Positions 10,524 through 21,760 are shown, numbered from the stretch's first letter. The stretch is DNA of 64,000 nucleotides from Myxococcota bacterium (GCA_035506135.1 DATJPY010000103.1:3448-67447); one strand, 5' to 3'. A program made the numbers and translations. The notes: generated by a model from the letters alone, not told the origin.

Positions 10524-11237
10524 TCAGGGGATCCAGCCCTGCTGCTCGAAGCGCGAGCGGAGCTGCTCGGCGATCTCCTCGGCGGTCTGCTCGCCGCGCC
10601 CCTCGATCGTGCTCCGACCGGTCACCTCGCCGCCGACCTTCACCGCGCTCGTGACGATGAGGCCGATCGGATTCGCCGTCGCCACGGCGACCGCGGCCGG
10701 TACTGCCGCGCCGGGTCCCTTGCTGCCGGTGGCCTCCACCGTTCCGGAGCCGAGCTTGCGCAGCCCCTGGCGAGTCATCTGATAGCCCTCGACCACGGTC
10801 GTGAGCTTCGAGCTGCCGGCGCCGAAGCCGATCGTCATGCGCTTCACCGCACTGCCCTCGTCGATCGACGCGAAGTAGCCGCGGATCACGATGTCGTCGA
10901 GCTGCGGCGTCGTGCCGCGCGTGACCCGCTGCGCGGGAAGCCCCATGGCGCGGATCTTCTCCGCCAGGTCGCGCGCGACCGCCGCGCCGAGCGCGCGGCC
11001 CGCCTCGATCTGTTCGGCGGTGGGCTGCTGGCTCGGGTCGTAGCGGCCCGCGAGCGCGGAGTCGGCGGGAACGTCGGCCGGGCTCGCGCCGAAGTCGTAC
11101 ACCAGGATGCGATCGGGACGCGGGAGCTTCTGGTTGCCGATGCGGCTCTCGCGCTGCGTCACCGACGTGGAGGCGCAGGCCGTGAGGACGATCGCGGCGA
11201 GCAGCACGCCCGCCGCCCTTCCAGGCGCTCGCATCAT
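10524..11237 (-). CDS. Lipoprotein, DUF4410-like
   Basis: Starts at the internal ATG ATG (MMRAPGRAAGVLLAAIVLTAC) after a G-rich SD. Lipobox LTAC. The family assignment is from memory only. Confidence 0.6.
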   Translation of the reverse strand: MMRAPGRAAGVLLAAIVLTACASTSVTQRESRIGNQKLPRPDRILVYDFGASPADVPADSALAGRYDPSQQPTAEQIEAGRALGAAVARDLAEKIRAMGLPAQRVTRGTTPQLDDIVIRGYFASIDEGSAVKRMTIGFGAGSSKLTTVVEGYQMTRQGLRKLGSGTVEATGSKGPGAAVPAAVAVATANPIGLIVTSAVKVGGEVTGRSTIEGRGEQTAEEIAEQLRSRFEQQGWIP

Positions 11238-11266
11238 CCCACCCCCCGGCGAGAGGGCGGCGCCCG

Positions 11267-12973
<1,707 letters not shown>

Positions 12974-13007
12974 CGCGGGCGGAATCTAGGGAACGGCTAC
13001 CCGAGCG

Positions 13008-14189
13008 TCACGCGCGGCCCAGGATCAGCGCGCTGGTCGGCACGCCGGTTCCCGCCGTCACGAGCACGTGGTTCACCGGGTCGATCTGGTTCACTGCGGT
13101 GCCGCGCACCTGCCGGACGGCCTCGGCCACGCCGTTCATGCCGTGGATGTAGGCCTCGCCGAGCTGGCCGCCGTGGGTGTTGATCGGAAGGGCCCCACCC
13201 AGCTCGATGTTCCCGCCGCGCATGAAGTCCTTGGCCTCGCCCCTCCCGCAGAACCCGAACGCCTCGAGCTGCGCCAGCACGAAGGGCGTGAAGTGGTCGT
13301 AGATCACCGCGGTCTCGAAGTCCTTGGCGCCCAGGCCCGACTGCTCGTAGAGCTGGCGCGCGACGAGCGCCATCTCGGGCAGATCCCCGATTCCGCTCCG
13401 GTAGTAGCTCGTCATCATCTGCTGGTCGTCCGAGGCGCCCTGCGCCGCGGCGCGGATCACCGCGGACGGCTGCCGCAGGTCGCGCGCGCGCTCGAGGCTC
13501 GTCACCACCACCGCGACCGCCCCGTCGCTCTCCTGGCAGCAGTCGAGCAGCCGCAGCGGGCGCACGATCCAGCGCGACGCCTGGTGATCCTCGAGCGTGA
13601 TGGGCCGCCCGTAGAACCAGGCGGTCGGGTTGGTGGCCGCGTGTCGCCGGCAGGCCACCGAGACGCGCCCGAAGTCCTCGGTGGTGGCGCCGTAGTCGTG
13701 CAGGTAGCGCTGCGCCTGCATCGCGACCCAGCCCGCCGGGGTCAGCAGGCCGAAGGGCGCGTACCAGCCGAAGTGCGCGCTCTCGGTGGTGGGCTGCGCC
13801 AGGCGGAGCTGCTGCACGCCGATGCCGAAGCGCTGCACCGAGCGCTCGTTCATCGCCCGGTAGCAGACCACGACGTCGGCGACGCCGGCCGCGACCGCGA
13901 GCGCGGCCTGCATCACCGTCGCGCAGGCGGCCCCCCCGCCGAAGTGCACGCGGCTGAAGAAGCGGAGCTCGCCGCCGCCGATCGCCCGCTGCACCTCGAT
14001 CTCGGGATTGTTGTCCATCGCGAAGGTGCACATGCCGTCGACGTCGCGCGGGTCGAGCCCCGCGTCCGCGAGCGCCGACAGCACCGCCTCGACGGCCAGC
14101 CGCAGCTCGCTGCGCCGCGAGTCCTTCGAGAACTCGGTCTGCCCGATGCCGACGATGGCGGCGCGCGACGCGAAGCCCGAGCGGCTCAT
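13008..14189 (-). CDS. SCP-x/Ltp-type thiolase-fold protein (Cys retained)
   Basis: Paralog of 5787..6959 (AAIVGIGQTEFSKDSRRSELRL, NTHGGQLGEAYIHGMNG). The nucleophile segment GGGAACATVMQA keeps a Cys. Confidence 0.88.
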   Translation of the reverse strand: MSRSGFASRAAIVGIGQTEFSKDSRRSELRLAVEAVLSALADAGLDPRDVDGMCTFAMDNNPEIEVQRAIGGGELRFFSRVHFGGGAACATVMQAALAVAAGVADVVVCYRAMNERSVQRFGIGVQQLRLAQPTTESAHFGWYAPFGLLTPAGWVAMQAQRYLHDYGATTEDFGRVSVACRRHAATNPTAWFYGRPITLEDHQASRWIVRPLRLLDCCQESDGAVAVVVTSLERARDLRQPSAVIRAAAQGASDDQQMMTSYYRSGIGDLPEMALVARQLYEQSGLGAKDFETAVIYDHFTPFVLAQLEAFGFCGRGEAKDFMRGGNIELGGALPINTHGGQLGEAYIHGMNGVAEAVRQVRGTAVNQIDPVNHVLVTAGTGVPTSALILGRA

Positions 14190-14587
14190 CGCGGCCCGCC
14201 GGCGCGCCGGAACAGGTGGAGCGTCAGGTCTCCGTCGAGGGTCTCGAAGTCGACCGCGACCGGCATCCCGATCTCGACCTCCTCCGGCTCGACGCCGGCC
14301 AGCCGCGACACGATTCGGGTGCCCTCTTCGAGGTCCACGAGCACGATCACGTTGGGATACGCGAACGGCGGGATCGGCGGGTGGTGCGCGATCGCGAAGC
14401 TGTGGACGTGCCCGCGCCCGCTCGCCTCGATCGCGTCGAGCGCGAACGAGTGGCAGGCCAGGCAGGCCGGCGCGGGCGGGTGCTGCAGCCGGTGGCAGGC
14501 GGTGCAGCGCTGGATCAGGAGCTTGCGCGCCGCGACGCCGTCCCAGAAGAAGCGGTTGTCGTGGGTGATGCCGGGCCTCGGGTGCAC
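14186..14587 (-). CDS. DUF35 Zn-ribbon/OB-fold protein (thiolase partner)
   Basis: GTG at 14587, 11 nt after the ferredoxin stop. ATGA-type overlap with the thiolase gene at 14186-14189. Contains CTACH..CLACHS and VLVDLEEGTRIVSRL. Confidence 0.8.
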   Translation of the reverse strand: MHPRPGITHDNRFFWDGVAARKLLIQRCTACHRLQHPPAPACLACHSFALDAIEASGRGHVHSFAIAHHPPIPPFAYPNVIVLVDLEEGTRIVSRLAGVEPEEVEIGMPVAVDFETLDGDLTLHLFRRAGGPR

Positions 14588-14598
14588 GGGCGCTCGGC

Positions 14599-14799
14599 CT
14601 ACTCTTCGACGATGGTGATCGCCTGGCGGGGACAGACCCGCTCCGCCTCCTTGAGCTTCTCGCGCAGCTCGACGCCGGGGCGCTCGATCAGGAGGTTCAG
14701 GTTGTCGTCGTCGTCGACCTCGAACACTTCCGGACAGACTTCCATGCAGCGCGCGTTCGCCTCGCACAGGTCGTAGTCGACCACGACTTTGAGACCCAT
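14599..14799 (-). CDS. Small single-cluster ferredoxin (66 aa)
   Basis: Contains VVDYDLCEANARCMEVCPEVFEVDDD...VCPRQAITIVE, a Cys pattern typical of small 3Fe-4S/4Fe-4S ferredoxins. Confidence 0.85.
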   Translation of the reverse strand: MGLKVVVDYDLCEANARCMEVCPEVFEVDDDDNLNLLIERPGVELREKLKEAERVCPRQAITIVEE

Positions 14800-14917
14800 C
14801 GGACCGCCCTCCGTTCGACGAGGGCCGCAACTGTACCACGCTCAAGCCGGGCCGCCGCCGTCCGAAATCGGAGGAGGCCGCGGCCTGTGTTAGCGTCGCG
14901 GCGGCGGGGCCGACTCG

Positions 14918-16144
14918 GTGCTGCGCGATCTCATCCGCACGCAGGTATTCGCACGCTTCCACGTCGCCCTCGGCGCGGCGATCGGGATGGCCGTCGCGAT
15001 CCTGGCGGCGTGGGCCACGGCCGTGGCGGTGGGACCGGCGGCCGTGGACTGGCGGTGCATGGCGGCGCTCGCCGCCGCACTCGCCGCTGCCGGCGCGCTC
15101 GCGCTGCCGCGCGCCGTCGAGCGGTCGAAGGCGAGCCCGGGCGCGCGCGCCGGCCTGCGCGCCGCCTTCGGGATCGGCTTCTCCCTGCTCGTGCTGGCGG
15201 CCGGCATCGCCGCCTTCGCAGCGAGCCTGGGCGGGCTCGCGCTGCTCCTGGCGTCGACCGGGCTCTCCTCCGAGGCGGGCGCCGCGGCGTTTCGCGGCGG
15301 TAGCGCCGCGGTTGCGGCGGGGATCGCGGTCGCGCTGGCCTGGGGCTTCGGCGTCGAGCCGCGGCGGCTCGAGGTGACACACGTAGGAGTCAGCGTGACC
15401 GGCGTCGCTCCCGCGCTGCGGATCGCGCATCTCTCCGACCTGCACATCGGGAACGGGCTCGACGGCGCCCGGCTCGACGCGCTGGTCGATCGCGCCAACG
15501 GGCTCGCGGCGGATCTCGTCGTGCTGACCGGCGACCTCTTCGACTACGACCGGAGCGCCCTCGACGCCGGCGCGCGCGCGCTCGGGAGGCTGCGCGCCCC
15601 GCTCGGCGTGTTCTCGATCCTCGGCAACCACGACATCTTCGTCGGTGCGGAGCGGGTCGCGGCGGCGCTGGCCGAACGCGCGCCCGGCATCGCGCTCCTG
15701 CGCGACGCGTGGCGGCGCATCCCGACCGGTGCGCCCCTCTACGTCGCCGGCGTCGACGATCCCGGCCGCGACTGGACTGCCCGCGGGCGCGAGCTCCCGG
15801 CGATCACGGCGCTCGCGAGCTCGATCCCGAAGGACGGCCCCGCCATCCTGCTCGTGCACCGGCCCGACGCCTTCCCGCAGGCGGCTCGGCTCGGCTTTCC
15901 GCTCGTGCTCGCCGGCCACTACCACGGCGGGCAGGTGGCGATCGGCGCGCGCGCGAACGCCGCGCGACTCCTGAGCGCCTTCCCGCGCGGCCTGTACCGC
16001 GACGGCGCCTCGCAGCTCTACGTGAGCCGCGGCCTCGGCTTCGCCGGCCCGCGCATCCGCATCGGTGCGCGCCGCGAGATCGCGCTGCTCGAGGTCGGCG
16101 CCGGGCTCAGCGGGAGCTCTTCCCGGCCGGCTTCATCGCACTGA
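14918..16144 (+). CDS. Membrane-anchored metallophosphoesterase
   Basis: N-terminal TM helices followed by IAHLSDLHIG, VLTGDLFDY, GNHD and AGHYHGGQV. Confidence 0.85.
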   Translation: MLRDLIRTQVFARFHVALGAAIGMAVAILAAWATAVAVGPAAVDWRCMAALAAALAAAGALALPRAVERSKASPGARAGLRAAFGIGFSLLVLAAGIAAFAASLGGLALLLASTGLSSEAGAAAFRGGSAAVAAGIAVALAWGFGVEPRRLEVTHVGVSVTGVAPALRIAHLSDLHIGNGLDGARLDALVDRANGLAADLVVLTGDLFDYDRSALDAGARALGRLRAPLGVFSILGNHDIFVGAERVAAALAERAPGIALLRDAWRRIPTGAPLYVAGVDDPGRDWTARGRELPAITALASSIPKDGPAILLVHRPDAFPQAARLGFPLVLAGHYHGGQVAIGARANAARLLSAFPRGLYRDGASQLYVSRGLGFAGPRIRIGARREIALLEVGAGLSGSSSRPASSH

Positions 16145-16946
16145 CCTGCGTCACCAGCTTGTTGAAGGCGTCGAGCAGGGCCGCGGCGATCAGCTTCCCC
16201 TCGGCGGTGTTGCCGTAGCCGCTCACGCCGGCGAGACCGGCGACGCCGCCGCCGAAGCCGCCGAGACCCGACATGCCGCCGAAGTCGTGCACGCGGGCCG
16301 ATCCCTCCGAGACGCCCACCTGCACGCCGCTCTGCGCGTCGGTCAGGAACAGCGTCGACTGCGCCTCCTTGATGCGCATGCTGCCCGCCACCGCGCCGGC
16401 GATCGCGCCGCCCGGTACGAGGCCCCCGAGCGCGGAGAGCGCGTTGCCTCCGCCGGCGTTCGGATTCGAGAAGATGATGTTGGGGGTGAGGAGGTAGTCG
16501 GTGGCCACCATGCGGCCGCGCGCGGTCTTGCTCCCCTTCTTGAGCATCCCGGCCTGCCGGAGGGCCTCCTCCTGCTCCATGTTGCGGAGCGCGACGCCGC
16601 GGTCGACGACCGTGAAGCAGTTCGACTGGGCCATCATGAGGCGCAGCAGGGGAAGCGGCGACTGGAGGCCGAGGCTCTGCAGGAGCGAGAGATCCTCGGA
16701 GGTCGCCTCCACCAGGGCCGCCGTGCCCAGCGGGCCCGCGCAGTGGGGGAGCTGCGGCGCCGCTCCCTGGCTGCCGGCGGCCCCCGCCGACCCCGTCACC
16801 ATCGAGCCACCCTGTCCGAGTTCCGGTGTACCCTGGCAGCCCAACCAGGCGGCGGCTGCCACGGCGACGAGCGCGACCCGAAGGCTCGCGGCTCTCGGAG
16901 AGGACCCGATCTGCTCCCTGCGCTCCGGCTTCTCCTGCTCTCGCAT
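16107..16946 (-). CDS. CsgG/HfaB-family lipoprotein (candidate secretion channel component)
   Basis: Lipobox AWLGC. By eye it resembles CsgG blocks (MMAQSNCFTVVDRGVALRNMEQEEAL, ATDYLLTPNIIFSNPNAGGG). Its 3' end overlaps the convergent gene by 38 nt. Confidence 0.6.
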   Translation of the reverse strand: MREQEKPERREQIGSSPRAASLRVALVAVAAAAWLGCQGTPELGQGGSMVTGSAGAAGSQGAAPQLPHCAGPLGTAALVEATSEDLSLLQSLGLQSPLPLLRLMMAQSNCFTVVDRGVALRNMEQEEALRQAGMLKKGSKTARGRMVATDYLLTPNIIFSNPNAGGGNALSALGGLVPGGAIAGAVAGSMRIKEAQSTLFLTDAQSGVQVGVSEGSARVHDFGGMSGLGGFGGGVAGLAGVSGYGNTAEGKLIAAALLDAFNKLVTQVSAMKPAGKSSR

Positions 16947-17065
16947 CCTGGCTCCCCACGCCCTCTCGCCGTGAATGGATCTGCGGAATCGTGTTTACCC
17001 GCAGTCGTTCGCCCGAGTCAAGCGAAAGCTGAGCCGCGCGGCGGGTCGTCGGGGGAGGTCGAGGC

Positions 17066-18133
17066 GTGATCCGCGGCATCGCGCTCGGGCTGGTGGTGGG
17101 CGCGCTCTTCCTCGCGCTGGCGCTCTGGGGCGTGCCCGTCGACGAGCTCGGGCACGCCTTCGCACAGATGCGTTGGATCTACCTGGTCCATCTCGCCGTC
17201 GCGTTCGCGGTCCAGTACGGCCTGCGCGCCTGGCGCCAGATGGTGCTGGTGCGAACGCAGGCGCCCGCGACGAGCTACCGCACGCAGCTCGGCATCCTGA
17301 TGATCGGCTTCTTCTGCGTGAACACCTTTCCCGCCCGCCTCGGCGAGGCGGTGCGCCCCTATCTCTTCTACGAGAAGGAGGGGGTTCCGCTCGGCGCGGG
17401 CTTCGGCCTCGTCTTCGTCGAGCGGCTGCTCGACGTCGTGGCGCTGTTCCTGACCGTGCTCGCCGTCCTCCTCTGGGTGGACGTGCCGGACCGGCGCATC
17501 GAGCTCGTCGGGCGCAGCGTCTCGCTGGTCGAGCTCGGGCGCGGCGCCGCGCTCCTGGTGCTGCCGCCGGTCCTGATCGCGCTCGTGGTGCTCGCCGTCT
17601 TCGGGCCCGCCGCGCTGCGCTTCGGCGAGCGCGTCGCGGCGTCCGTCGAAGCGCGCGTGCGCTCGGACGCGGTGCACCGCGCGATGCGTCTCGTGCTGCG
17701 CTTCGCGGAGAGCTTCGTCGAGGGCGTGGCCGCGCTGCGCAGCCCGCGCCGACTGGCCGCGCTCGGCGCGCTCACCGCGGCCATCTTCGCGAGCATGGGT
17801 CTCACGACGTTCTATCTGGCGCGCGCCTTCGGGCTCGAGTCGATGATCGGCTTCGGGCAGGGGATGGGCGTCCTCGCCGTCACCATGCTCGGGATCGCGC
17901 TGCCCGCGCCGCCCGGCTTCGCAGGCGTCTTCGAGGCGGCGGCGCGCGGCGGATTGGCGCTCTTCGGCGTGCAGGGCGGCGAGCTCGGCGCGCGCGCCCT
18001 GGCCTACGCGCTCGTCTTCCATTGGTGGCAGTTCCTGCTGATGGCGGCCGCGGCGGGCTACTTCCTGTGGCGCGATCGGGTGGGCCTCGGACGCCTGTTC
18101 CGCTTCGCCCGCGGCCCCGCCTCCGGCTCCTGA
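17066..18133 (+). CDS. Polytopic membrane protein, UPF0104/lysyl-PG-synthase-TM-like (flippase-like)
   Basis: About 8 TM helices. The N-terminus MIRGIALGLVVGALFLALALWGVPVDEL is typical of this family. Confidence 0.6.
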   Translation: MIRGIALGLVVGALFLALALWGVPVDELGHAFAQMRWIYLVHLAVAFAVQYGLRAWRQMVLVRTQAPATSYRTQLGILMIGFFCVNTFPARLGEAVRPYLFYEKEGVPLGAGFGLVFVERLLDVVALFLTVLAVLLWVDVPDRRIELVGRSVSLVELGRGAALLVLPPVLIALVVLAVFGPAALRFGERVAASVEARVRSDAVHRAMRLVLRFAESFVEGVAALRSPRRLAALGALTAAIFASMGLTTFYLARAFGLESMIGFGQGMGVLAVTMLGIALPAPPGFAGVFEAAARGGLALFGVQGGELGARALAYALVFHWWQFLLMAAAAGYFLWRDRVGLGRLFRFARGPASGS

Positions 18134-18180
18134 GACGCCGCGCGCTGGCGCGCCCGGGCGCCGGGCGTCATGCTGCGCCG

Positions 18181-19254
18181 ATGCGGCCGGGACGCGTGTT
18201 GCTCGCGGCGGCGCTCGGCGCGCTCGCCGTCGGTTTCGCCGTCGCGCTGGCCGTGCCCGGTCCCCTGCACACCTACTTCCTCGAGTCCAACCTGATGCCT
18301 GTGCTCGAGGGTCAGGTCTATCGGAGCGCGCAGCCGGAGCCCGACGACCTCGCGCGCTGGATCCAGACGCTCGGCCTGCGCTCGATCCTGAACCTGCGCG
18401 GCGAGCTCGGAAACCGCCGGCTCCGCGAGGAGCGACACGTCGCGGCGTCGCTCGGAGTCGCGCACTACGACATCCACCTCGACGCGGACCGCATGCCGCC
18501 GGCGCCGCTCCTGCGCGAGGTGGTGGAGGTCCTCGACCACGCGCCGCGTCCCCTGCTCCTCCACTGCAAGGGCGGGGTCGAGCGCAGCGGGCTGGTCGGC
18601 GCCGTCACCGTGCTGCTCGCCGGCGGCGACCTCGACACCGCGCGTCACCAGTTCGACGTCTCCAAGGGCTTCGTCCCCTTCATCGCCAACTCGGACCTGC
18701 CGCGGGTGATCGACGAGTACGCGGCCTGGCTCGCGGCGCAGGGTGCGGAGACGACGCCGGAGCGCTTCCGCACCTGGGTGAAGGACGTCTATGCGCCGGG
18801 CTTCTATCGCGCGGTGATCGAGCCGCTGGACGTGCCCGCGGCGATCGAGCCCGGAGCGCCGCGGCTGCTGCACTTCCGCGTCACCAACGAGAGCCTGGAG
18901 CCGATCCCGTTCGGCCGCGAGGGCGGCCGAGGCGTGCACCTCGGCGCCAGGCTCGAGCCGCCGCCGGGCAGCGCCGCGAGCCCGGTCGAGCTGCGCGGGC
19001 TCGCCGTCGATCTGCAGCTCGCGTCCGGCGCGTCGGCAGAGCTCGCGCTGCCGCTGCCCGGTCTCGACGGCGCCGGCGCCTGGCGCCTCGACGTCGACCT
19101 GGTCGACGAGGGGGTCAAGTGGTTCGCGGCGATGGGCTCGCGTCCGCTCGTGCTTCCGCTCGTGGTGCGCGCGCCCGAGGCAGCGCGAGCCGCGCCGCCC
19201 GCGGCGCCCGCCCCGGCTGCGCGCGCCGCCGTGATCTACCCTGATCTGCGATGA
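18181..19254 (+). CDS. Membrane-anchored Cys-based (PTP/DSP-type) phosphatase with C-terminal Ig-like domain
   Basis: ATG at 18181. Has a signal anchor and the CX5R P-loop HCKGGVERSG. Confidence 0.7.
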   Translation: MRPGRVLLAAALGALAVGFAVALAVPGPLHTYFLESNLMPVLEGQVYRSAQPEPDDLARWIQTLGLRSILNLRGELGNRRLREERHVAASLGVAHYDIHLDADRMPPAPLLREVVEVLDHAPRPLLLHCKGGVERSGLVGAVTVLLAGGDLDTARHQFDVSKGFVPFIANSDLPRVIDEYAAWLAAQGAETTPERFRTWVKDVYAPGFYRAVIEPLDVPAAIEPGAPRLLHFRVTNESLEPIPFGREGGRGVHLGARLEPPPGSAASPVELRGLAVDLQLASGASAELALPLPGLDGAGAWRLDVDLVDEGVKWFAAMGSRPLVLPLVVRAPEAARAAPPAAPAPAARAAVIYPDLR

Positions 19255-20264
19255 GGAGCTTCGCGGAGCGCAACCGCTTCGGCCGCGTCGGCCGCATTCC
19301 CACGCCCACGCCGACGCCGCTCGGCGTCGGCGACATCAACAGCTACCTGCTGTTCCCTCCTTCCTTCGACGGCGGCGCCGGCATCACGCTGATCGACACC
19401 GGCGTCAAGACGGACGAGGCGTTCCAGGCGCTGCGGCAGGGGTTCAAGGAGTTCGGCGTCTCGCTCGAGCAGATCGACCGGATCCTGGTGACCCACGCGC
19501 ACATGGATCACTTCGGCCAGGCGCTGCGGCTGCGCCAGCTCTCCGGCGCCCGCGTCTGGGCCTCGCGCGGCGAGGCCGCGCTGATGCGCACGCACTTCTC
19601 GCCGTCCGGGGACCGCCGCGCGGTGGTGCGCGAGTACTTCCGCCGCTGGGGCGTGCCGCTCGAGTGGTTCGATCGGGAGAGCGAGATCTCGGTGTTCGCC
19701 CGGAGGATCCAGGATCCGATCGAGGTGGACTTCCTGCTCGACGACGGCAACCGGCTCGAGATCGGCGACCTCCGGCTCACCGCGATCCATACGCCCGGCC
19801 ACTGCGACGGGCACATCGTCTTCTACGAGCCCGAGCTGCGCATCCTGTTCTCGGGCGATCATCTGCTCACGGACATCTCGCCCGTCCCGCTCCTGGTGTT
19901 CCCCGAGGACGCGAGCGCGCCGCGGCCCAAGAGCCTGGTCCGCTTCATGCAGTCGCTGGCTCGGGTCGAGGGGCTCGACTGCGAGCTGGTGTTCCCGGCG
20001 CACGGCGACGTGATCCGCGATCACCGGAAGCTGATCGCCGGCTACCGGCTCCACCACGAGCGCCGCAAGCTCCAGATGCTGCGCCAGCTGCGCGAGAAGC
20101 CGAGCACCGCGTTCGAGCTCGCCGCGAAGCTCTTCCCGAAGCACTACCAGTCGCAGGTCTTCCTGGTCATGTCGGAGGTGATCGGCCACCTCGACCTGCT
20201 GATCGACGAGGGAAGCGTGACGCTCGAGGAGCGCGGCGGGCTCGAGGTCGCGCGCGCAGCCTGA
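19251..20264 (+). CDS. MBL-fold metallo-hydrolase
   Basis: ATGA overlap with the previous gene. Contains THAHMDHFG and IHTPGHCDGH. Confidence 0.85.
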   Translation: MRSFAERNRFGRVGRIPTPTPTPLGVGDINSYLLFPPSFDGGAGITLIDTGVKTDEAFQALRQGFKEFGVSLEQIDRILVTHAHMDHFGQALRLRQLSGARVWASRGEAALMRTHFSPSGDRRAVVREYFRRWGVPLEWFDRESEISVFARRIQDPIEVDFLLDDGNRLEIGDLRLTAIHTPGHCDGHIVFYEPELRILFSGDHLLTDISPVPLLVFPEDASAPRPKSLVRFMQSLARVEGLDCELVFPAHGDVIRDHRKLIAGYRLHHERRKLQMLRQLREKPSTAFELAAKLFPKHYQSQVFLVMSEVIGHLDLLIDEGSVTLEERGGLEVARAA

Positions 20265-20279
20265 GGGAGGAGGACGTCG

Positions 20280-20501
20280 ATGTGGGTCAGCAAGGTGAAC
20301 GAGCTGATCGGCTCTTCGCCCGACGGCTTCGAGGAGGCGGCGCGCTCGGTGATCGCGCGCGCCAACCGCACGCTGCGTGGGATCACCGGCGTCGAGGTGA
20401 TCGAGAAGCGGGTCAAGATCGAGGGCGGCGGCATCCGCGAGTACCGGGTTCGGCTGCGCCTCGTGTTCGACATGGCGCCGGAGACGGTGCTGCACTGGTG
20501 A
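20280..20501 (+). CDS. Dodecin-family protein, copy 1 (Phe at the flavin-stacking position)
   Basis: GGGAGGAGG SD. Contains SKVNELIGSSPDGFEEAARSVIARANRTLRGITGVEVIEKRVKIEGGGIREYRVRLRLVF. Confidence 0.8.
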   Translation: MWVSKVNELIGSSPDGFEEAARSVIARANRTLRGITGVEVIEKRVKIEGGGIREYRVRLRLVFDMAPETVLHW

Positions 20502-20540
20502 CACACGGGTGTACGAACGCGTGAGGACGGGAGTCGATCC

Positions 20541-20753
20541 ATGGCGATCGCGTCGGTCTCGACGATCACTTCGGCCTCGGCCGTCGGCTGGCAGGACGCC
20601 ATCGAGCGGGGCTTCGAGCGCGCCAGCAAGACGCTGCGCAACATCACCGGCCTCCAAGTGCTGGAGGAGAAGGCACGCGTCGAGGATGGACGGATCACCG
20701 AGTACCTGGTGACGATGCAGGTGATCTTCATCCTCGAGGAACCGCGCGCCTGA
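20541..20753 (+). CDS. Dodecin-family protein, copy 2 (Trp retained)
   Basis: Contains ITSASAVGWQDAIERGFERASKTLRNITGLQVLEEKARVEDGRITEYLVTMQVIF. Confidence 0.8.
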   Translation: MAIASVSTITSASAVGWQDAIERGFERASKTLRNITGLQVLEEKARVEDGRITEYLVTMQVIFILEEPRA

Positions 20754-20758
20754 TCGCG

Positions 20759-21760
20759 ATGGGTGTTCCCGCGATCGTCACGGCGGGGGATCGGCGGGCG
20801 GCGAAGGCGGTGTACGGCGAGAGCAAGCCGTACCTCGAGCTCGGCGGCCGCCCGCTCGTCGCCCACGTCGTCGCGGCGCTGCAGCGCGTGCCCGAGGTCT
20901 CGTCGGTCTGGGTGGTGGGGAATGCCGAGCGCCTTGCGCCCCTGCTCGGCGACCCGGCGATGAAGGACGAGCTACGCAAGCCGCTGCACGTCGTGCCGCA
21001 GTTCCGGAACCTCTACGAGAACGGATGGGAGACCTATCGCAGGCTGCTGCCCGGGGCGGGGCCGGAAGGTCGCGACCCGGGGCCGGAGGACGCGGACACC
21101 GCGGTGCTCTATGCGTCGGCGGACCTCCCGTTCGCGACGCCGGAGGAGATCTCGGCCTTCGCGCGCCAGAGCCTGGCGCTCGACTGCGACTACGCGCTCG
21201 GCCTGTGCACGGAGGCGTCGATGCGCGACTTCTATCCGGAGGCGCCCGGCGAGCCGGGGATCCGCATGGCGTACTTCAACCTCCGCGAGGGGCGCTACCG
21301 GCAGAGCAACCTCCATTGGATCAAGCCCGCCCGCATCGGCAACCGCCAATACATCGAGGAGATGTACGAGCACCGCTACCAGCGCCAGATCGGCCAGATG
21401 ATCGCGCTCGGCTGGCGGCTGCTGCGGCTCCAGGAAGGGGGCCTCGCGGTGCTCTACTACTACGGGCTGATGCACCTCGCCGCGCTGGCCGATCGCTCGG
21501 GTCTGGCGCGCCTCTCCGACGCGATCCGCGCGCGGATCCCGATGTCGCGCGTCGAGGCGGGCTGCAGCGCGCTCCTGCGCGGGCGCTTCCGCTTCGTCGT
21601 GACGGAGGTCGGCGGCTCCGCCGTCGACATCGACAACGAGCACGACTACGACGCCGCGCGCGCTCGCTTCGACGTCTGGCGCGATCGCCAGCGGGAGCGC
21701 GCGGCGGCGCTGCTCGGTACGCCGGCGCTGGAGCGCGGCGGCAGCCGGGAGACCGCATGA
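20759..21760 (+). CDS. Nucleotidyltransferase-family protein (MobA-like NTP-transferase fold)
   Basis: The N-terminus PAIVTAGDRRAAKAVYGESKPYLELGGRPLVAHVV is typical of the NTP_transf_3-type G-loop. Confidence 0.6.
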   Translation: MGVPAIVTAGDRRAAKAVYGESKPYLELGGRPLVAHVVAALQRVPEVSSVWVVGNAERLAPLLGDPAMKDELRKPLHVVPQFRNLYENGWETYRRLLPGAGPEGRDPGPEDADTAVLYASADLPFATPEEISAFARQSLALDCDYALGLCTEASMRDFYPEAPGEPGIRMAYFNLREGRYRQSNLHWIKPARIGNRQYIEEMYEHRYQRQIGQMIALGWRLLRLQEGGLAVLYYYGLMHLAALADRSGLARLSDAIRARIPMSRVEAGCSALLRGRFRFVVTEVGGSAVDIDNEHDYDAARARFDVWRDRQRERAAALLGTPALERGGSRETA

